64,000 nt of DNA from Patescibacteria group bacterium. Lineage in GTDB: Bacteria > Patescibacteriota > WWE3 > 2-01-FULL-39-13. The position numbers and the translations under genes are program-made. The stretch lies in the NCBI GenBank assembly GCA_048499955.1, contig JASNYX010000002.1, forward strand, positions 4,513 to 68,512. The letters are read 5' to 3'. This document shows positions 39,164 through 50,015 of the stretch, piece by piece (the first letter of the stretch is position 1; every line of letters starts with the position of its first letter). Below the pieces are notes generated by a model that worked only from the letters and a program-made list of their open reading frames with translations, searched no databases and had not been told where the DNA came from.

Positions 39164-40053
39164 ATGCACCCAATATATCCTACAGATGAAATAGAAGAGA
39201 ATCTCGCGATACCCTCCGAAAGCGTTTTTCCGGGTGAATTTTATGATCGATTGGGAGCACACCTCGACTCTGAACTAGTTAATGTACTTCGAAGAGATGG
39301 TCACAATATCGAAGAATTAAAAACGAAACCACCGGTATATATACTTATGCATGGTTATGGCGGGCCTATTGATAAAAACGGAACGCCAAATGTAGAATCC
39401 CGTTATTGTATTAAAGCTACCCTAGAACTCATCTAGTATTTCAAACGAGAAGCATCAAAGCGTGATCATGAATATTATCCGACGATTTTAGTGAGTGGAG
39501 GTACTGATTTCGGATATTATGCGTTTTATGCAGAGGAACTTATCAGGCAAATCCATATTCTCACAGGAGATCCTGATTACACTAATTTTGCAGACATTTG
39601 GGACCAAGGAACATATAAACGACAAAATCCGATTATGCACATGCTGTCGGAACAGGCGGAGAAGTGGAATTTGCGATGAACTTTCTCGCAGGTGAAAGCG
39701 ATCCGGATAAGCCGGTAATCTCGGTATGCAGACTCGGCCATCAAAGTAGAATTCAAAATTTCGCAAACGCACACGATTTCAAATTAACACCATTAACAAT
39801 CGAAGGAATTCTAATGCATTTTAGAACACAGGAAACTATCGATAGATTTATGCGAATCCACCCCGAACAGACTGATAGCATAAGAGGATTTTCAGCCGCC
39901 GAACGACGAAAAGCTACAATATCACGACTATTGGCAGATCCCTCTGAAGCAAAGACACTCGAATCACTCCTCAGAGTTCTACAGAAGCATCTCGGAGACA
40001 ATTTCAAAGATAAACTGTTCAGACTTATCGGACAAAACAAAGTAGAAAATTAA
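39164..40053 (+). pseudogene. Disrupted YdcF/DUF218-like gene
   Basis: In-frame TAG at 39434, then PTILVSGG in the same frame; frameshift near 39625 into HAVGTGGEVEFA...VISVCRLGHQSR. The motif order resembles DUF218. Confidence 0.55.
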
Positions 40054-40135
40054 CTAGAGTTAAACTCACTTTACTAGTCAATCTCATCATGCAATACTCG
40101 AGAAGTTATTAAAGGTCTTACTTTTTTAATCCATC

Positions 40136-41194
40136 ATGAAAAAAATTCTAATAACAGGATCTGCAGGACTAATCGGATCGCAAGCTGTGTCATTTTTTAT
40201 AGAACATGGCCATTCAGTTGTCGGCATCGACAACGATATGAGATCGTATTTTTTTGGGCAAGATGCCAGCACTTCATGGAACAAAGAAAAGCTGATACAC
40301 GATTTTAAAGACAAGTACGAGCATAAAGACGTAGATATCAGAAATAAGGAACAGATAGAGGAAATCATGAAAAACAACGAGTTTGACTTGATTATCCATA
40401 CAGCAGCTCAGCCTTCCCATGACTGGGCAGCAAAAGAACCGTTTACTGACTTTAGTGTCAATGCTGAAGGTACATTAGTCCTCCTTGAAAACTGTAGAAA
40501 ATACTGTCCCGAAGCAGTTTTCATATTCACCTCTACAAATAAAGTCTATGGAGATATGCCAAATAGCTTACCTTTAATTGAACAAGATACTAGGTATGAG
40601 ATTTCAAAAGAACACCATTTTCATGAACATGGAATAGATGAAACGATGAGTATTGATCAAAGCAAACACAGTGTTTTCGGTGCATCGAAAGTAGCCGCGG
40701 ATATTTTAGTTCAAGAATACGGACGATACTTTAACTTAAAAACAGCATGCTTTAGAGGCGGCTGTCTAACCGGACCCGCACACAGCGGAGCCGAACTACA
40801 CGGATTTCTTGCTTACCTTGCCAAATGTGTTGTAACAGGCAAAAAATACACGATTTTCGGATATAAAGGGAAACAAGTCCGAGACAACATACACTCATAC
40901 GATTTGGTTAATGCTTTTTACCATTTTTATAAAAATCCCAGATCAGGGGAAGTTTATAACATCGGCGGATCCAGACATTCCAATATCTCGATGAAGGAAG
41001 CAATCGCAAAGCTGGAAAAAATTACAGGCAAAAAAGCAAATATTGAATATACCGATCAAAATCGGGAAGGCGATCATATCTGGTATATATCAGATGTTAG
41101 GAAATTTCAAAATCATTACCCCGGATGGTCATATAAATACAGCATGGATCAGCTTCTAAACGAGATCGTAGAAAAAGGGCATTTTCAAAGTTAA
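40136..41194 (+). CDS. NAD-dependent epimerase/dehydratase (CDP-paratose 2-epimerase-like)
   Basis: [43 protein letters not shown]. Confidence 0.88.
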   Translation: MKKILITGSAGLIGSQAVSFFIEHGHSVVGIDNDMRSYFFGQDASTSWNKEKLIHDFKDKYEHKDVDIRNKEQIEEIMKNNEFDLIIHTAAQPSHDWAAKEPFTDFSVNAEGTLVLLENCRKYCPEAVFIFTSTNKVYGDMPNSLPLIEQDTRYEISKEHHFHEHGIDETMSIDQSKHSVFGASKVAADILVQEYGRYFNLKTACFRGGCLTGPAHSGAELHGFLAYLAKCVVTGKKYTIFGYKGKQVRDNIHSYDLVNAFYHFYKNPRSGEVYNIGGSRHSNISMKEAIAKLEKITGKKANIEYTDQNREGDHIWYISDVRKFQNHYPGWSYKYSMDQLLNEIVEKGHFQS

Positions 41195-41226
41195 TTCATT
41201 TAAGAATACATGATAAAACAATAAAT

Positions 41227-42396
41227 ATGCCTCATGATTACAAGAATTTGAAAATAATAATATCTACACATGAATACTTCAAAGGAAGCGGCCAAGAACT
41301 AAAGGAATTTCTAATTAGAAAAAAATCAAAGAAGTTGCTATATGTTGCTCATAAACTATTCCTGGCCTCTCCGAATATTTCCTACGCTGAAACCTACGAA
41401 AATGGCGAAATTAGCAAGAAAGAATCCTCATCCGAGCTTCCTAAAATGCAATGGCTACTATATTTAAGAGATGCATTTTACAACTTGTATTATGTATTAA
41501 CTTCTAAAGGCAAATATGATTATTACATCGGAATTAATTCTTTCAACGCGATTTTCGGTTTGTTGTTTAGATTTCTGGGCAAAGTAGACAAAGTCGTATT
41601 TTTTACAATCGACTATGTAATGGAAGACCGCTTTGAAAACAAATTACTCAACAAGCTTTATGTAGGAATGGACCGTATCGCATTTTGGAATAGTGACTTT
41701 ACCTGGAGTGTATCCGACAGAATGTCAAACCAACGTATAAAAGAACTTGGTCCGGAAGCTGAAACCAAAAAGCAGATCGTAGTTCCCATTGGGATTCCTG
41801 AAGAAGCACAAAAGGTTCAGGCCACTAAAAAGAAGAATGTACTAGTATACAGTGGAGAGCTAGCCCCAAAATACGGATTGGAAATAATTCTTGAATCTGC
41901 ACCTAAGATAATTGAACAAATTCCCGACTTGGAAATAAGAATTATCGGAGACGGAAGACTAAAAGAGAAGCTCGTAAACTTGTCCAAAGATCTGAATATC
42001 GAAAGCAACGTAAACTTTATGGGCTATATTAATACCACAACAGAACGTATTAGGTGGTTGAAACTTCTAAAAGAAAGTACCTTGGGAATTGCAACCTATG
42101 AAGAAGATAAGAAATCTTTCAAGCAGTTCTCAGATGTTACTAAACCAAAAGATTATATGGCCTGCGGACTTCCGGTAATAACAACGGGGTTAATCCCATT
42201 ATCTGAAGACATCAAAAAATATAATCTAGGTAGAGTAATAAAAGATAATACTGAATCCTTTGTTGAAAATATTTTAGAATTACTCCAAAATCCTGCAGAA
42301 GTAAAAACAATAGAGGCCAATATTGAAAAATACTGCAAAGATATGACATGGGAAAATATATTCCTCAAGTCATTCAGCGAGATGGAAACCGAATGA
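41227..42396 (+). CDS. Glycosyltransferase family 4
   Basis: VYSGELAPKYG, IIGDG, KPKDYMACGLPVIT. Confidence 0.85.
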   Translation: MPHDYKNLKIIISTHEYFKGSGQELKEFLIRKKSKKLLYVAHKLFLASPNISYAETYENGEISKKESSSELPKMQWLLYLRDAFYNLYYVLTSKGKYDYYIGINSFNAIFGLLFRFLGKVDKVVFFTIDYVMEDRFENKLLNKLYVGMDRIAFWNSDFTWSVSDRMSNQRIKELGPEAETKKQIVVPIGIPEEAQKVQATKKKNVLVYSGELAPKYGLEIILESAPKIIEQIPDLEIRIIGDGRLKEKLVNLSKDLNIESNVNFMGYINTTTERIRWLKLLKESTLGIATYEEDKKSFKQFSDVTKPKDYMACGLPVITTGLIPLSEDIKKYNLGRVIKDNTESFVENILELLQNPAEVKTIEANIEKYCKDMTWENIFLKSFSEMETE

Positions 42397-43145
42397 TCAA
42401 CACCCCTCTTCAAAAACTTAAAACCTATGGCCTTAAAACTTTTATATACTACACATGGTTAGAAATAGTAAAACATCTGTACTGGTACACGATCAGGCAA
42501 TCATTCAGTCAAAATCAGGAGGATCTGATTATCGACAAGATCTTGGGATACAAAAAAAACGGATTTTATGTAGATGTTGGAGCATATGATCCCGACAGAT
42601 TCAGCAATACCAAGCGGTTCTATTTGAAAGGATGGACCGGAATAAACATTGAACCCGACACACTCAGTTACGAAAAATTTCTAAACAAACGACCGAACGA
42701 TATCAATCTAAATATTGGAATCTCAGATAATCCGGGGGTGCTCACCTATTACAAAATGGAGCCCCAAACACTTTCGACTTTTGTAGAAGATGAGGCGAAA
42801 GAATACATCAAACAGGGATATTCCTTATTGGAAAAGAAAGAGGTCGAGGTAAAATCTTTAGCCGAGGTATTTGATTCTTATCGTGCAAATAATCCAATAG
42901 ACATACTCAGTATAGATACAGAAGGCCTTGATATGGAAGTATTAAAAAGCAATGATTGGACGAAGTATAAACCACAAATTATATGCATAGAATCAGTAAA
43001 ACACCTCAAAATTGATCGGGAAACACCTTCGGTCGACATGAAAGACTCAGATCAACAAAAATATTTAAGCCAATATGACTATACAAAAGTTTTTGACAAC
43101 GGTTTAAACTCAATATATCAACTTAAGGCAAACGGAGAAATCTAA
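42393..43145 (+). CDS. FkbM-family methyltransferase
   Basis: SQNQED, GFYVDVGAYDP..SNT, GWTGINIEP, LSIDTEG. ATGA overlap with the previous gene. Confidence 0.9.
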   Translation: MINTPLQKLKTYGLKTFIYYTWLEIVKHLYWYTIRQSFSQNQEDLIIDKILGYKKNGFYVDVGAYDPDRFSNTKRFYLKGWTGINIEPDTLSYEKFLNKRPNDINLNIGISDNPGVLTYYKMEPQTLSTFVEDEAKEYIKQGYSLLEKKEVEVKSLAEVFDSYRANNPIDILSIDTEGLDMEVLKSNDWTKYKPQIICIESVKHLKIDRETPSVDMKDSDQQKYLSQYDYTKVFDNGLNSIYQLKANGEI

Positions 43146-43337
43146 ATGCTAAATTCCCAACATTACTCTAAACAATCACAACATTTCGACTTGGAATATC
43201 AAAAATCACCTGAACATATAAACGACATAGCAAATCCAAATGTAGTAAACCCATTTTTGAAATTTACCCGAGTTACACTAAATCTGCTCATAAATAAGTT
43301 TTATATGTTTCACATCATTTATGGTGAAAAACAATAA
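43146..43337 (+). other. Short ORF, possible gene remnant
   Basis: 63 aa, abuts both neighbours in operon orientation. No recognisable domain. Confidence 0.35.
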
Positions 43338-44337
43338 TACTCTGGTCTCTATAATTATTGTCAACTGGAACGGAGAAAAATGGCTGAATACTTGCTTTGA
43401 AACAATTTATGCCCAAACCTATCATGACTTCGAAATCCTTCTTGTCGATAATAATTCCGGAGATAATTCCGTTGAATATACAAAAAAAGAGTGGCCGCTT
43501 GTTAAAGTTATAGAGCTTGACCAAAATTATGCTTATGCAGGAGGTAACAATCGTGGTGCCTTACACGCTAAGGGTGAATTATTGCTGTTTTTGAACAATG
43601 ACACCAAACTTTTCCCTGACTGCCTTGAGAGACTAGTCGACAAACATAAATCTGGATCCATCACGATCCCCCTCCAGTTAGTTGGGGAATTCAGCTCGAA
43701 TCTGCATACCGAATTTATGGGTAACGGCGTAGATATTTTCGGATATCCATATGGCATATCAGATCGGGAACAACAAAAGGTATTCTATGCCGATGGTGCT
43801 GCACTGTTTCTTGAAAAATCGTTATTTTTTGAATTAGGACAATTTGATGAAAAACTCTTTATGTTCCAAGAAGACATTGATTTATCATGGAAAGCCCGCA
43901 TCACAGGAATAGAGATTACAACCTGCCCCAACGCAAAGCTTTATCACTTTAGCGGTGGTACAGCACCAGGTGGCAACTCTACAGGAAAAGACAAATACTC
44001 ATTAAGCGAGTTCAGACGTTTCCATAACGAAAAGAATATAATCCGTAACATTTTGAAAAATTATTCACTGATGTTGGCAATCCCGATACTAGGAACACTA
44101 ATGTTTATACATGCAATCGAGATAATCGGGCTTACGCTTTTTGGTGGGTATAAACTTGCGTTATGCTATTTGAGAGCATATTGGTGGAACATCTCCAACT
44201 TGCAGGATACAATGGCGATGAGACGGTTTATACAAACCAAGAGAGTTCTAAGTGACTTCGATATAATAGGTAATATGTATTTTAGATACTCAAAGCTAAC
44301 TGCAATTTTACGTCTGGGGAAACCAAATTTAGCTTGA
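43321..44337 (+). CDS. Glycosyltransferase family 2
   Basis: SIIIVNWNG, VDNNSGD, NYAYAGGNN, FLNND, FQEDIDLSW. Confidence 0.9.
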   Translation: MVKNNNTLVSIIIVNWNGEKWLNTCFETIYAQTYHDFEILLVDNNSGDNSVEYTKKEWPLVKVIELDQNYAYAGGNNRGALHAKGELLLFLNNDTKLFPDCLERLVDKHKSGSITIPLQLVGEFSSNLHTEFMGNGVDIFGYPYGISDREQQKVFYADGAALFLEKSLFFELGQFDEKLFMFQEDIDLSWKARITGIEITTCPNAKLYHFSGGTAPGGNSTGKDKYSLSEFRRFHNEKNIIRNILKNYSLMLAIPILGTLMFIHAIEIIGLTLFGGYKLALCYLRAYWWNISNLQDTMAMRRFIQTKRVLSDFDIIGNMYFRYSKLTAILRLGKPNLA

Positions 44338-44347
44338 TAAAACTCAT

Positions 44348-47300
44348 ATGTCTTTCTGGATTAACTTAATTCGAGGAAATTACATACTAGCCGGTGGAGA
44401 CCACACATACTGGCTCGATCTAAGAGGATTTTTTCTCAAAAAGATTTATGCCTGGCAAAACTTTGCTAGCCCCGGAGAACCTAACCATACGATTCCTGAA
44501 TCTATCATTTCACTTGTTTTTAGCTTATCGGATCGTTTAAATATAAGCTATGGAAATTTTCAGATTATTTTCCTGTTCTTGCTCTTGTCACTTAGCGGTG
44601 TAGCTTTTGTACTTTTACTTAAGGAAATTGAACAAACTTTTAAACTTAATAAGACTATGTATCCTGCACTATTAATCGGTGCGATCTTTTATGTTCTTAA
44701 CCCATTTAATTTCAATATATTGCAGATAGAAAAGATATTGCAGTCAATCGCCTTGCCGATTTGTTTGTATTTCTTATTTTTAGGTAACAGAAAAAACAAC
44801 ATTCTATATCTGGTAGTTGGGGCTGCTTTCACAGCGTTACTTTCTCCTATGTCTATAAACTTAGCGGTATTTGTTGCGGTGTTTATCTTTTTGTTCATTC
44901 ACTCACTTTCCGCAGGAATCGCCAAGAGAGAAAAAATGTCTCATCTATTCAGTTTTCTAATATTTTCACTGTTTAGCATTTTATTTAACCTGTGGTGGAT
45001 ACTGCCTACACTTACATCTCTGCTTACAAGTTCAAACGAATCAATTAGCTTCCTCAGATCAACAAATTTTATAAATTCTGTATGGTTACATGACCTTATC
45101 CGAATGATAACTTCATGGGCTTGGAATAGCGGGCATAGAGATGTTCCTTATGTCGCATTCGCAGAAAGATATAACTCAGGGATATTATTATTTGTAAGTT
45201 TCGCACTTTCAGGAATCCCCTTAATATTTGCACTCAGTAAAATTCGAGGGAAATACAATTTGGTGTATCTATACAGTTTAATCGTCATATTAATAACACT
45301 ATTTCTGGCAAAGGGAGCCACACCTCCTTTTGGATATATATATTCGACGATTTTCTCCAAAATCCCATTATTCTCAATGTTTAGGGAACCATCAGCCAAA
45401 TTCATGCAAGCATACTTTTTACAAATATCTTTACTTCTTAGCTTATTCGTAAACTATTTACTCTCACTTAATTTGCAAACAAAATATAAGAGAGCCTTAG
45501 TTTCTGTGGTGCTATTGGCAGTACTAATTAACGCAGGACCAATACTATCAGGAGAAATAATCTGGGATAAATGGAACGGGTCAATGAGAAGCCTTGTCAC
45601 CAGAATTCCATATTATTGGGAAGATTTTCGCCAAAGCCAAGCAATATCAAATGACCAAGGCACTATTGTGGTGTACCCGGGATCCGGTTATGGAGCTACT
45701 TATAATTGGAGAGAGGGCTTTAACGGAACGGATGTTACGAAGTTTTTTACTAATAATCAGGTTTTAAGTTATTATACTTTCCCTATTGATAGCAAATCCA
45801 AATCAGTAAACTTGATGTTCCCAAAAGCAACTCAAAGTGAACTTCCCAAAAATTTATTTGGCCTGTTCAATATTAAATATTTATTGCAAACAAATGATAG
45901 TGATTGGAGATATTCAGGACTTCCCGGATACACAGTAACAAGCACAAATAGATTTATAGGTAAGACACCTTTCACCGAAATAAACCGATGGGGAAACTTT
46001 GATGAAAGATATCTCGATAGACTCGAAAATCGAGAAAAAGATTATGCGAAAAGAAACGAGCTTTATATCGAGCTAATCAATGAACCGGCACTAAAACTAC
46101 ATCAAATTCAGGAAGACCGATTTGTACCTAAATTTTTTGCTCCTGAAATAACCGTTAATGCAGGTCTTGATAGTATACCCGGAGCAATTGGGCTTAATCA
46201 GAATATAAATAGGCAGGCAGTAATCGATAAAAAAGACTTCCCTGATTCGCCCGAAACAAATTTTACCTTTCTAACAAGCAATCCAACTCTATCCGAAAAC
46301 AAAGAAAATCAAAGTTGGAACATCGGCTGGTCGTGGCCAACCGTGAGTATATCTCCAGAGGACTTTCGATACCGGCTGATTAATATCAAAGAATTAGCCA
46401 GGTTCTGGACAACTAAGGACCCTTTATCAACTGCAGATATACATATTTGGCATGGAGCGAAACGAATTGCCGAAATTGAGTCTTATGTTCTTTCTGAAAA
46501 CACTGAAAAGATATTGCTGAAAGAATACATGAACCAGATGAGAGCTGCGATTACTATTTTACAGAATATTCCCCATGAGGAAAGAAATAAAACTTATTAT
46601 CGTATGACTTCCAAGCTTCTCGGATATATAAATAAATCGAATGATGCAATTTCCAAGATCTCTGATCCGCCACTTTCAAAGCTTGATATCTCTGACTTAG
46701 AAGATTTATTAGAACAAGCCGAAAATGAGGCGAATACTCGGTGCAAGATGGTTTGCTATAAGTTTGATCTAGCTGAAGACGGTGTCTACAGCATTTACCT
46801 GTATCGACATGAGCTGGAGCAACTACCGGTAAACGATGCTCAAATAACATTAGAAATCGAGGGCCTTCAAATAACGAAAACTATATCTGAACTACTGGAA
46901 CAGGACTCTAATTCATACCTGATTAAAATTTCTGAAGTTAGTCTCAGCAACGATCTACACTATATTAACTCGAACATAAACAGCATTGGCACTGATCTCA
47001 TAATAAAAGGCGACCTGGCACCACAAACTATTGATATCATAAAGGATAATCTCGACATACATGTACAAAACTTTAGTATTCCACTTCTGAAAAAGCTTCA
47101 GACATCGAGACCAAGTGAAAATCATGAGATGCCGTTTCCCCTAAATATTAAGGAACGTAAAATTTCCGAATGGAAGCCGAATCAAAAATATGTAATCTCG
47201 TTCGACTATGAAATCAATAAATCATATGTCGGCGCTTCAGTAATGGAAAATATAGAAATAACAGATAATTTGGAGTTAAATAATCTGAATATCAGAGAAA

Positions 47301-48343
47301 CTAGGAGAGAGGCCTTTGGTGTAATTCTTGATGAAAATAACATTGAGGAACCGGAATGTGCATATAAAGAAGCTGATATATGCTTTTCCAACTACAGCCA
47401 AGAATTCACCTCAGGGAATCTGAGGTCAACCGCTTCAGTATACATTTACACATACACAGAAAATAACTGGGGAACTGCCAAAATTCGAAATCTACAAATT
47501 AGGGAAAAGCACGAACCTAGGCTTGCCTTGGCAAAGGAAAACTTTAAGCCGGTGACTACAAATCCGGATATTATATTTTCGAAAGTAAATCCGACAAAGT
47601 ATAAAGTCGACATACGGAATATCAATGATAATTTCTTACTGGTATTTAGTGAAACTTATCACCCGAGGTGGGTTATTCACAAACAGGAAAGTGACAATTT
47701 TTTCACGAATTTACTACTATCAATTAAACCAATCGGAAAACACACGCGAGTCAACGGATACGCAAATGCTTGGTATTTATCTCCTGAAGATTTAGGCAAT
47801 CAAAAAAACATAGAATTAACAGTGGAATACCTACCTCAACGACTCATCGCGATCGGTGCTCTAAGCGGGATTATCACTGCGGTTTTACTGACACCGATCT
47901 TATTAACTTTATCCAAATTATTTAATTCGCGTCTTAAAAAATCAAGTATATTGACTCTCACTAATCCACTTCGAGATAGCTTTGAAAAAGTACAAAAACC
48001 TTTCAATAGGCTTATTAACGATCTTTCGGGAAAGAAATACCGATCTTTAGTAATCGGCATGTTAATGATTTTAGCAATATATAATTTATTTGATTTCACA
48101 AGCGGAATTATTAACGAGCTTAGCATTGTGCTTGTTACGTGTTTGATAATATTAACGATAATGAAACAAAATCATGTGGGCAAATTCTTACCACAAGTCA
48201 CTATTTCGTTAGTTGTATTATTCCCGATATTGATCAGTTTGCATTTAAAAACTGCGACTGCAATCAACGCAATATTAATATTTATCCTAATGCTTATAAT
48301 TGTTTGTAAAGAAATCTGGAGGATCTACAAATCTGATGCTTAA
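44348..48343 (+). CDS. Large multi-TM GT-C-like protein (AftD/YfhO-like) with a large extracellular region
   Basis: GGDH in the first loop, FYVLNPF, NLWWILP, LAKG..PPFG, MFREPSAKF, IPYYW; C-terminal FSKVNPTKY..LVFSETYHPRW..VNGYANAW. Confidence 0.72.
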   Translation: MSFWINLIRGNYILAGGDHTYWLDLRGFFLKKIYAWQNFASPGEPNHTIPESIISLVFSLSDRLNISYGNFQIIFLFLLLSLSGVAFVLLLKEIEQTFKLNKTMYPALLIGAIFYVLNPFNFNILQIEKILQSIALPICLYFLFLGNRKNNILYLVVGAAFTALLSPMSINLAVFVAVFIFLFIHSLSAGIAKREKMSHLFSFLIFSLFSILFNLWWILPTLTSLLTSSNESISFLRSTNFINSVWLHDLIRMITSWAWNSGHRDVPYVAFAERYNSGILLFVSFALSGIPLIFALSKIRGKYNLVYLYSLIVILITLFLAKGATPPFGYIYSTIFSKIPLFSMFREPSAKFMQAYFLQISLLLSLFVNYLLSLNLQTKYKRALVSVVLLAVLINAGPILSGEIIWDKWNGSMRSLVTRIPYYWEDFRQSQAISNDQGTIVVYPGSGYGATYNWREGFNGTDVTKFFTNNQVLSYYTFPIDSKSKSVNLMFPKATQSELPKNLFGLFNIKYLLQTNDSDWRYSGLPGYTVTSTNRFIGKTPFTEINRWGNFDERYLDRLENREKDYAKRNELYIELINEPALKLHQIQEDRFVPKFFAPEITVNAGLDSIPGAIGLNQNINRQAVIDKKDFPDSPETNFTFLTSNPTLSENKENQSWNIGWSWPTVSISPEDFRYRLINIKELARFWTTKDPLSTADIHIWHGAKRIAEIESYVLSENTEKILLKEYMNQMRAAITILQNIPHEERNKTYYRMTSKLLGYINKSNDAISKISDPPLSKLDISDLEDLLEQAENEANTRCKMVCYKFDLAEDGVYSIYLYRHELEQLPVNDAQITLEIEGLQITKTISELLEQDSNSYLIKISEVSLSNDLHYINSNINSIGTDLIIKGDLAPQTIDIIKDNLDIHVQNFSIPLLKKLQTSRPSENHEMPFPLNIKERKISEWKPNQKYVISFDYEINKSYVGASVMENIEITDNLELNNLNIRETRREAFGVILDENNIEEPECAYKEADICFSNYSQEFTSGNLRSTASVYIYTYTENNWGTAKIRNLQIREKHEPRLALAKENFKPVTTNPDIIFSKVNPTKYKVDIRNINDNFLLVFSETYHPRWVIHKQESDNFFTNLLLSIKPIGKHTRVNGYANAWYLSPEDLGNQKNIELTVEYLPQRLIAIGALSGIITAVLLTPILLTLSKLFNSRLKKSSILTLTNPLRDSFEKVQKPFNRLINDLSGKKYRSLVIGMLMILAIYNLFDFTSGIINELSIVLVTCLIILTIMKQNHVGKFLPQVTISLVVLFPILISLHLKTATAINAILIFILMLIIVCKEIWRIYKSDA

Positions 48344-50015
48344 TCATATTATCGGAAATCTAGAAGATCAAACCGGCATATTTTTCAGGAGTTGGTGGTA
48401 TAGGCACTACAGCGAATTGGGAGGACTTAAAACCTACAGTGAATACTATGGTTATCCAACCGGTACTGATCTTAAGATTTTCACCAACCAACCATTGTTA
48501 TCTTTGACTTATGACGCAATGGTTTACTGGTTTAACCCTCTGATTTTCACGAATATTTATACTGTTCTTCAAGTCATACTAAATATAATTTTGGCAAATG
48601 TTTTGCTAAGGCATCTCGGGATTGATAAAAAGATCTCCTTTCTAGTATCTCTAGTTTTTATATTTTCACCATTCCTTTACTATAATATCGGAATACATCC
48701 GTCCTTATTAACTCTGTGGCCATTTATATGGTTTTTGAAGCGCCTTACTCAATTTGAGGCAGGAGTTAAAAGTAATTTCATTACAGGTTTTTCATTAGCT
48801 GTTACTTTTCTATTCAATAACTACTTTGGATACTTCGGATTGATTTTAATGACGGTTTTTATTTTCACAAACATACTTTTGAATAGAAATAACGTAATAG
48901 CACAACTAAGACGTCTGGTGCTCATGTCAGCATCATTTTTAAGCGTAACCATTGCAGGCTTGCTTCCTTATTTATTAGGTAGTAAACCCGGCGTTACAGT
49001 ACAAGCCGTAACTCGGCCACTTGAAGATTTTTTCTACTTCAGCTCAAGGCCATGGTATTTTTTCTTGCCTTCACCTGATAACCCGTGGATCGGAAAAACC
49101 ACCACCAATATAATAAACTGGCTGCAAAACGATTGGGGATACTGGTTAACGAGCAACTATTTTCCTAGCGAACACACAACATTATTTTTGGGATATACAA
49201 CCTTCCTCTTTGCAATTTTAGGAGCATACTACTTGCTATTCAAAACTGATAATAACGAAATTAAGCAAAGAAACTCCATTCTTGCATTAGGCATATCTGC
49301 AATCGTTTTGATGATGTTGAGTCTTCCTCCTTACTTCACGATTTCGATGTATAAAATTTATACGCCAAGTTACTTACTTCTTAATGTTTTTCCATATTTT
49401 AGAGTATTAGCACGAATGGGAATAATAATACTATTAATTGAATTAATATTCTGTGCATATGGGTATCAATACTTTATTCGGATATTAAAAAGTAAATGGT
49501 CGCAAGCAAGTTGGGTTGTGATCCTGCCCTTTATTATAGTTAGTTTAATGGAATTCTACGTACCTATAACTTTCGTAAAAGTAGAAGAACCACCCCAGAT
49601 TTTCCAATACATTAAAACAAATACCGATGAGGAATCAGTCTTAGCTGTTTATCCTTATAATGGTGCTCTCCCAACTTTATTCTGGATTAGTGAGCACGAG
49701 AGAAGAATCATGAATCCTAGAGACTATACTGATGCATCTCGACATTTTATTTCCGAAGAATTTACACAAGAGTTAAAAACAGATGAAGGACTACAAAGAG
49801 CAAAGGAACTTGGTGCAACTCACTTGGTCTTTTTTAGATATGGTGGAAATAAAGATCGTATTGACGAGTTAAACTATTTCGATAATTCTCCTAAACTTGA
49901 GAAAATCATCGAATTTAACTCTGAATCGAAAGACGAACAATCTTATTTCTTATACAAGGTGAAAATATGGGGAAATACAAAACAAACGTCCGGAGTTTTA
50001 TATAAAATTCTTTAG
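48336..50015 (+). CDS. Multi-TM GT-C-like membrane protein (YfhO-like)
   Basis: IIGNLED, GYPTG, FSPF, YFGYF, FSSRPWYFFLP, LFLG, FRVLAR. Confidence 0.68.
   Translation: MLNHIIGNLEDQTGIFFRSWWYRHYSELGGLKTYSEYYGYPTGTDLKIFTNQPLLSLTYDAMVYWFNPLIFTNIYTVLQVILNIILANVLLRHLGIDKKISFLVSLVFIFSPFLYYNIGIHPSLLTLWPFIWFLKRLTQFEAGVKSNFITGFSLAVTFLFNNYFGYFGLILMTVFIFTNILLNRNNVIAQLRRLVLMSASFLSVTIAGLLPYLLGSKPGVTVQAVTRPLEDFFYFSSRPWYFFLPSPDNPWIGKTTTNIINWLQNDWGYWLTSNYFPSEHTTLFLGYTTFLFAILGAYYLLFKTDNNEIKQRNSILALGISAIVLMMLSLPPYFTISMYKIYTPSYLLLNVFPYFRVLARMGIIILLIELIFCAYGYQYFIRILKSKWSQASWVVILPFIIVSLMEFYVPITFVKVEEPPQIFQYIKTNTDEESVLAVYPYNGALPTLFWISEHERRIMNPRDYTDASRHFISEEFTQELKTDEGLQRAKELGATHLVFFRYGGNKDRIDELNYFDNSPKLEKIIEFNSESKDEQSYFLYKVKIWGNTKQTSGVLYKIL

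Noticed and set aside
39423-39435. 13-bp match (TAGAACTCATCTA) to the reverse strand of the 36.1 kb element
   Set aside because: A single short match of this length is expected by chance in an AT-rich 64 kb window.
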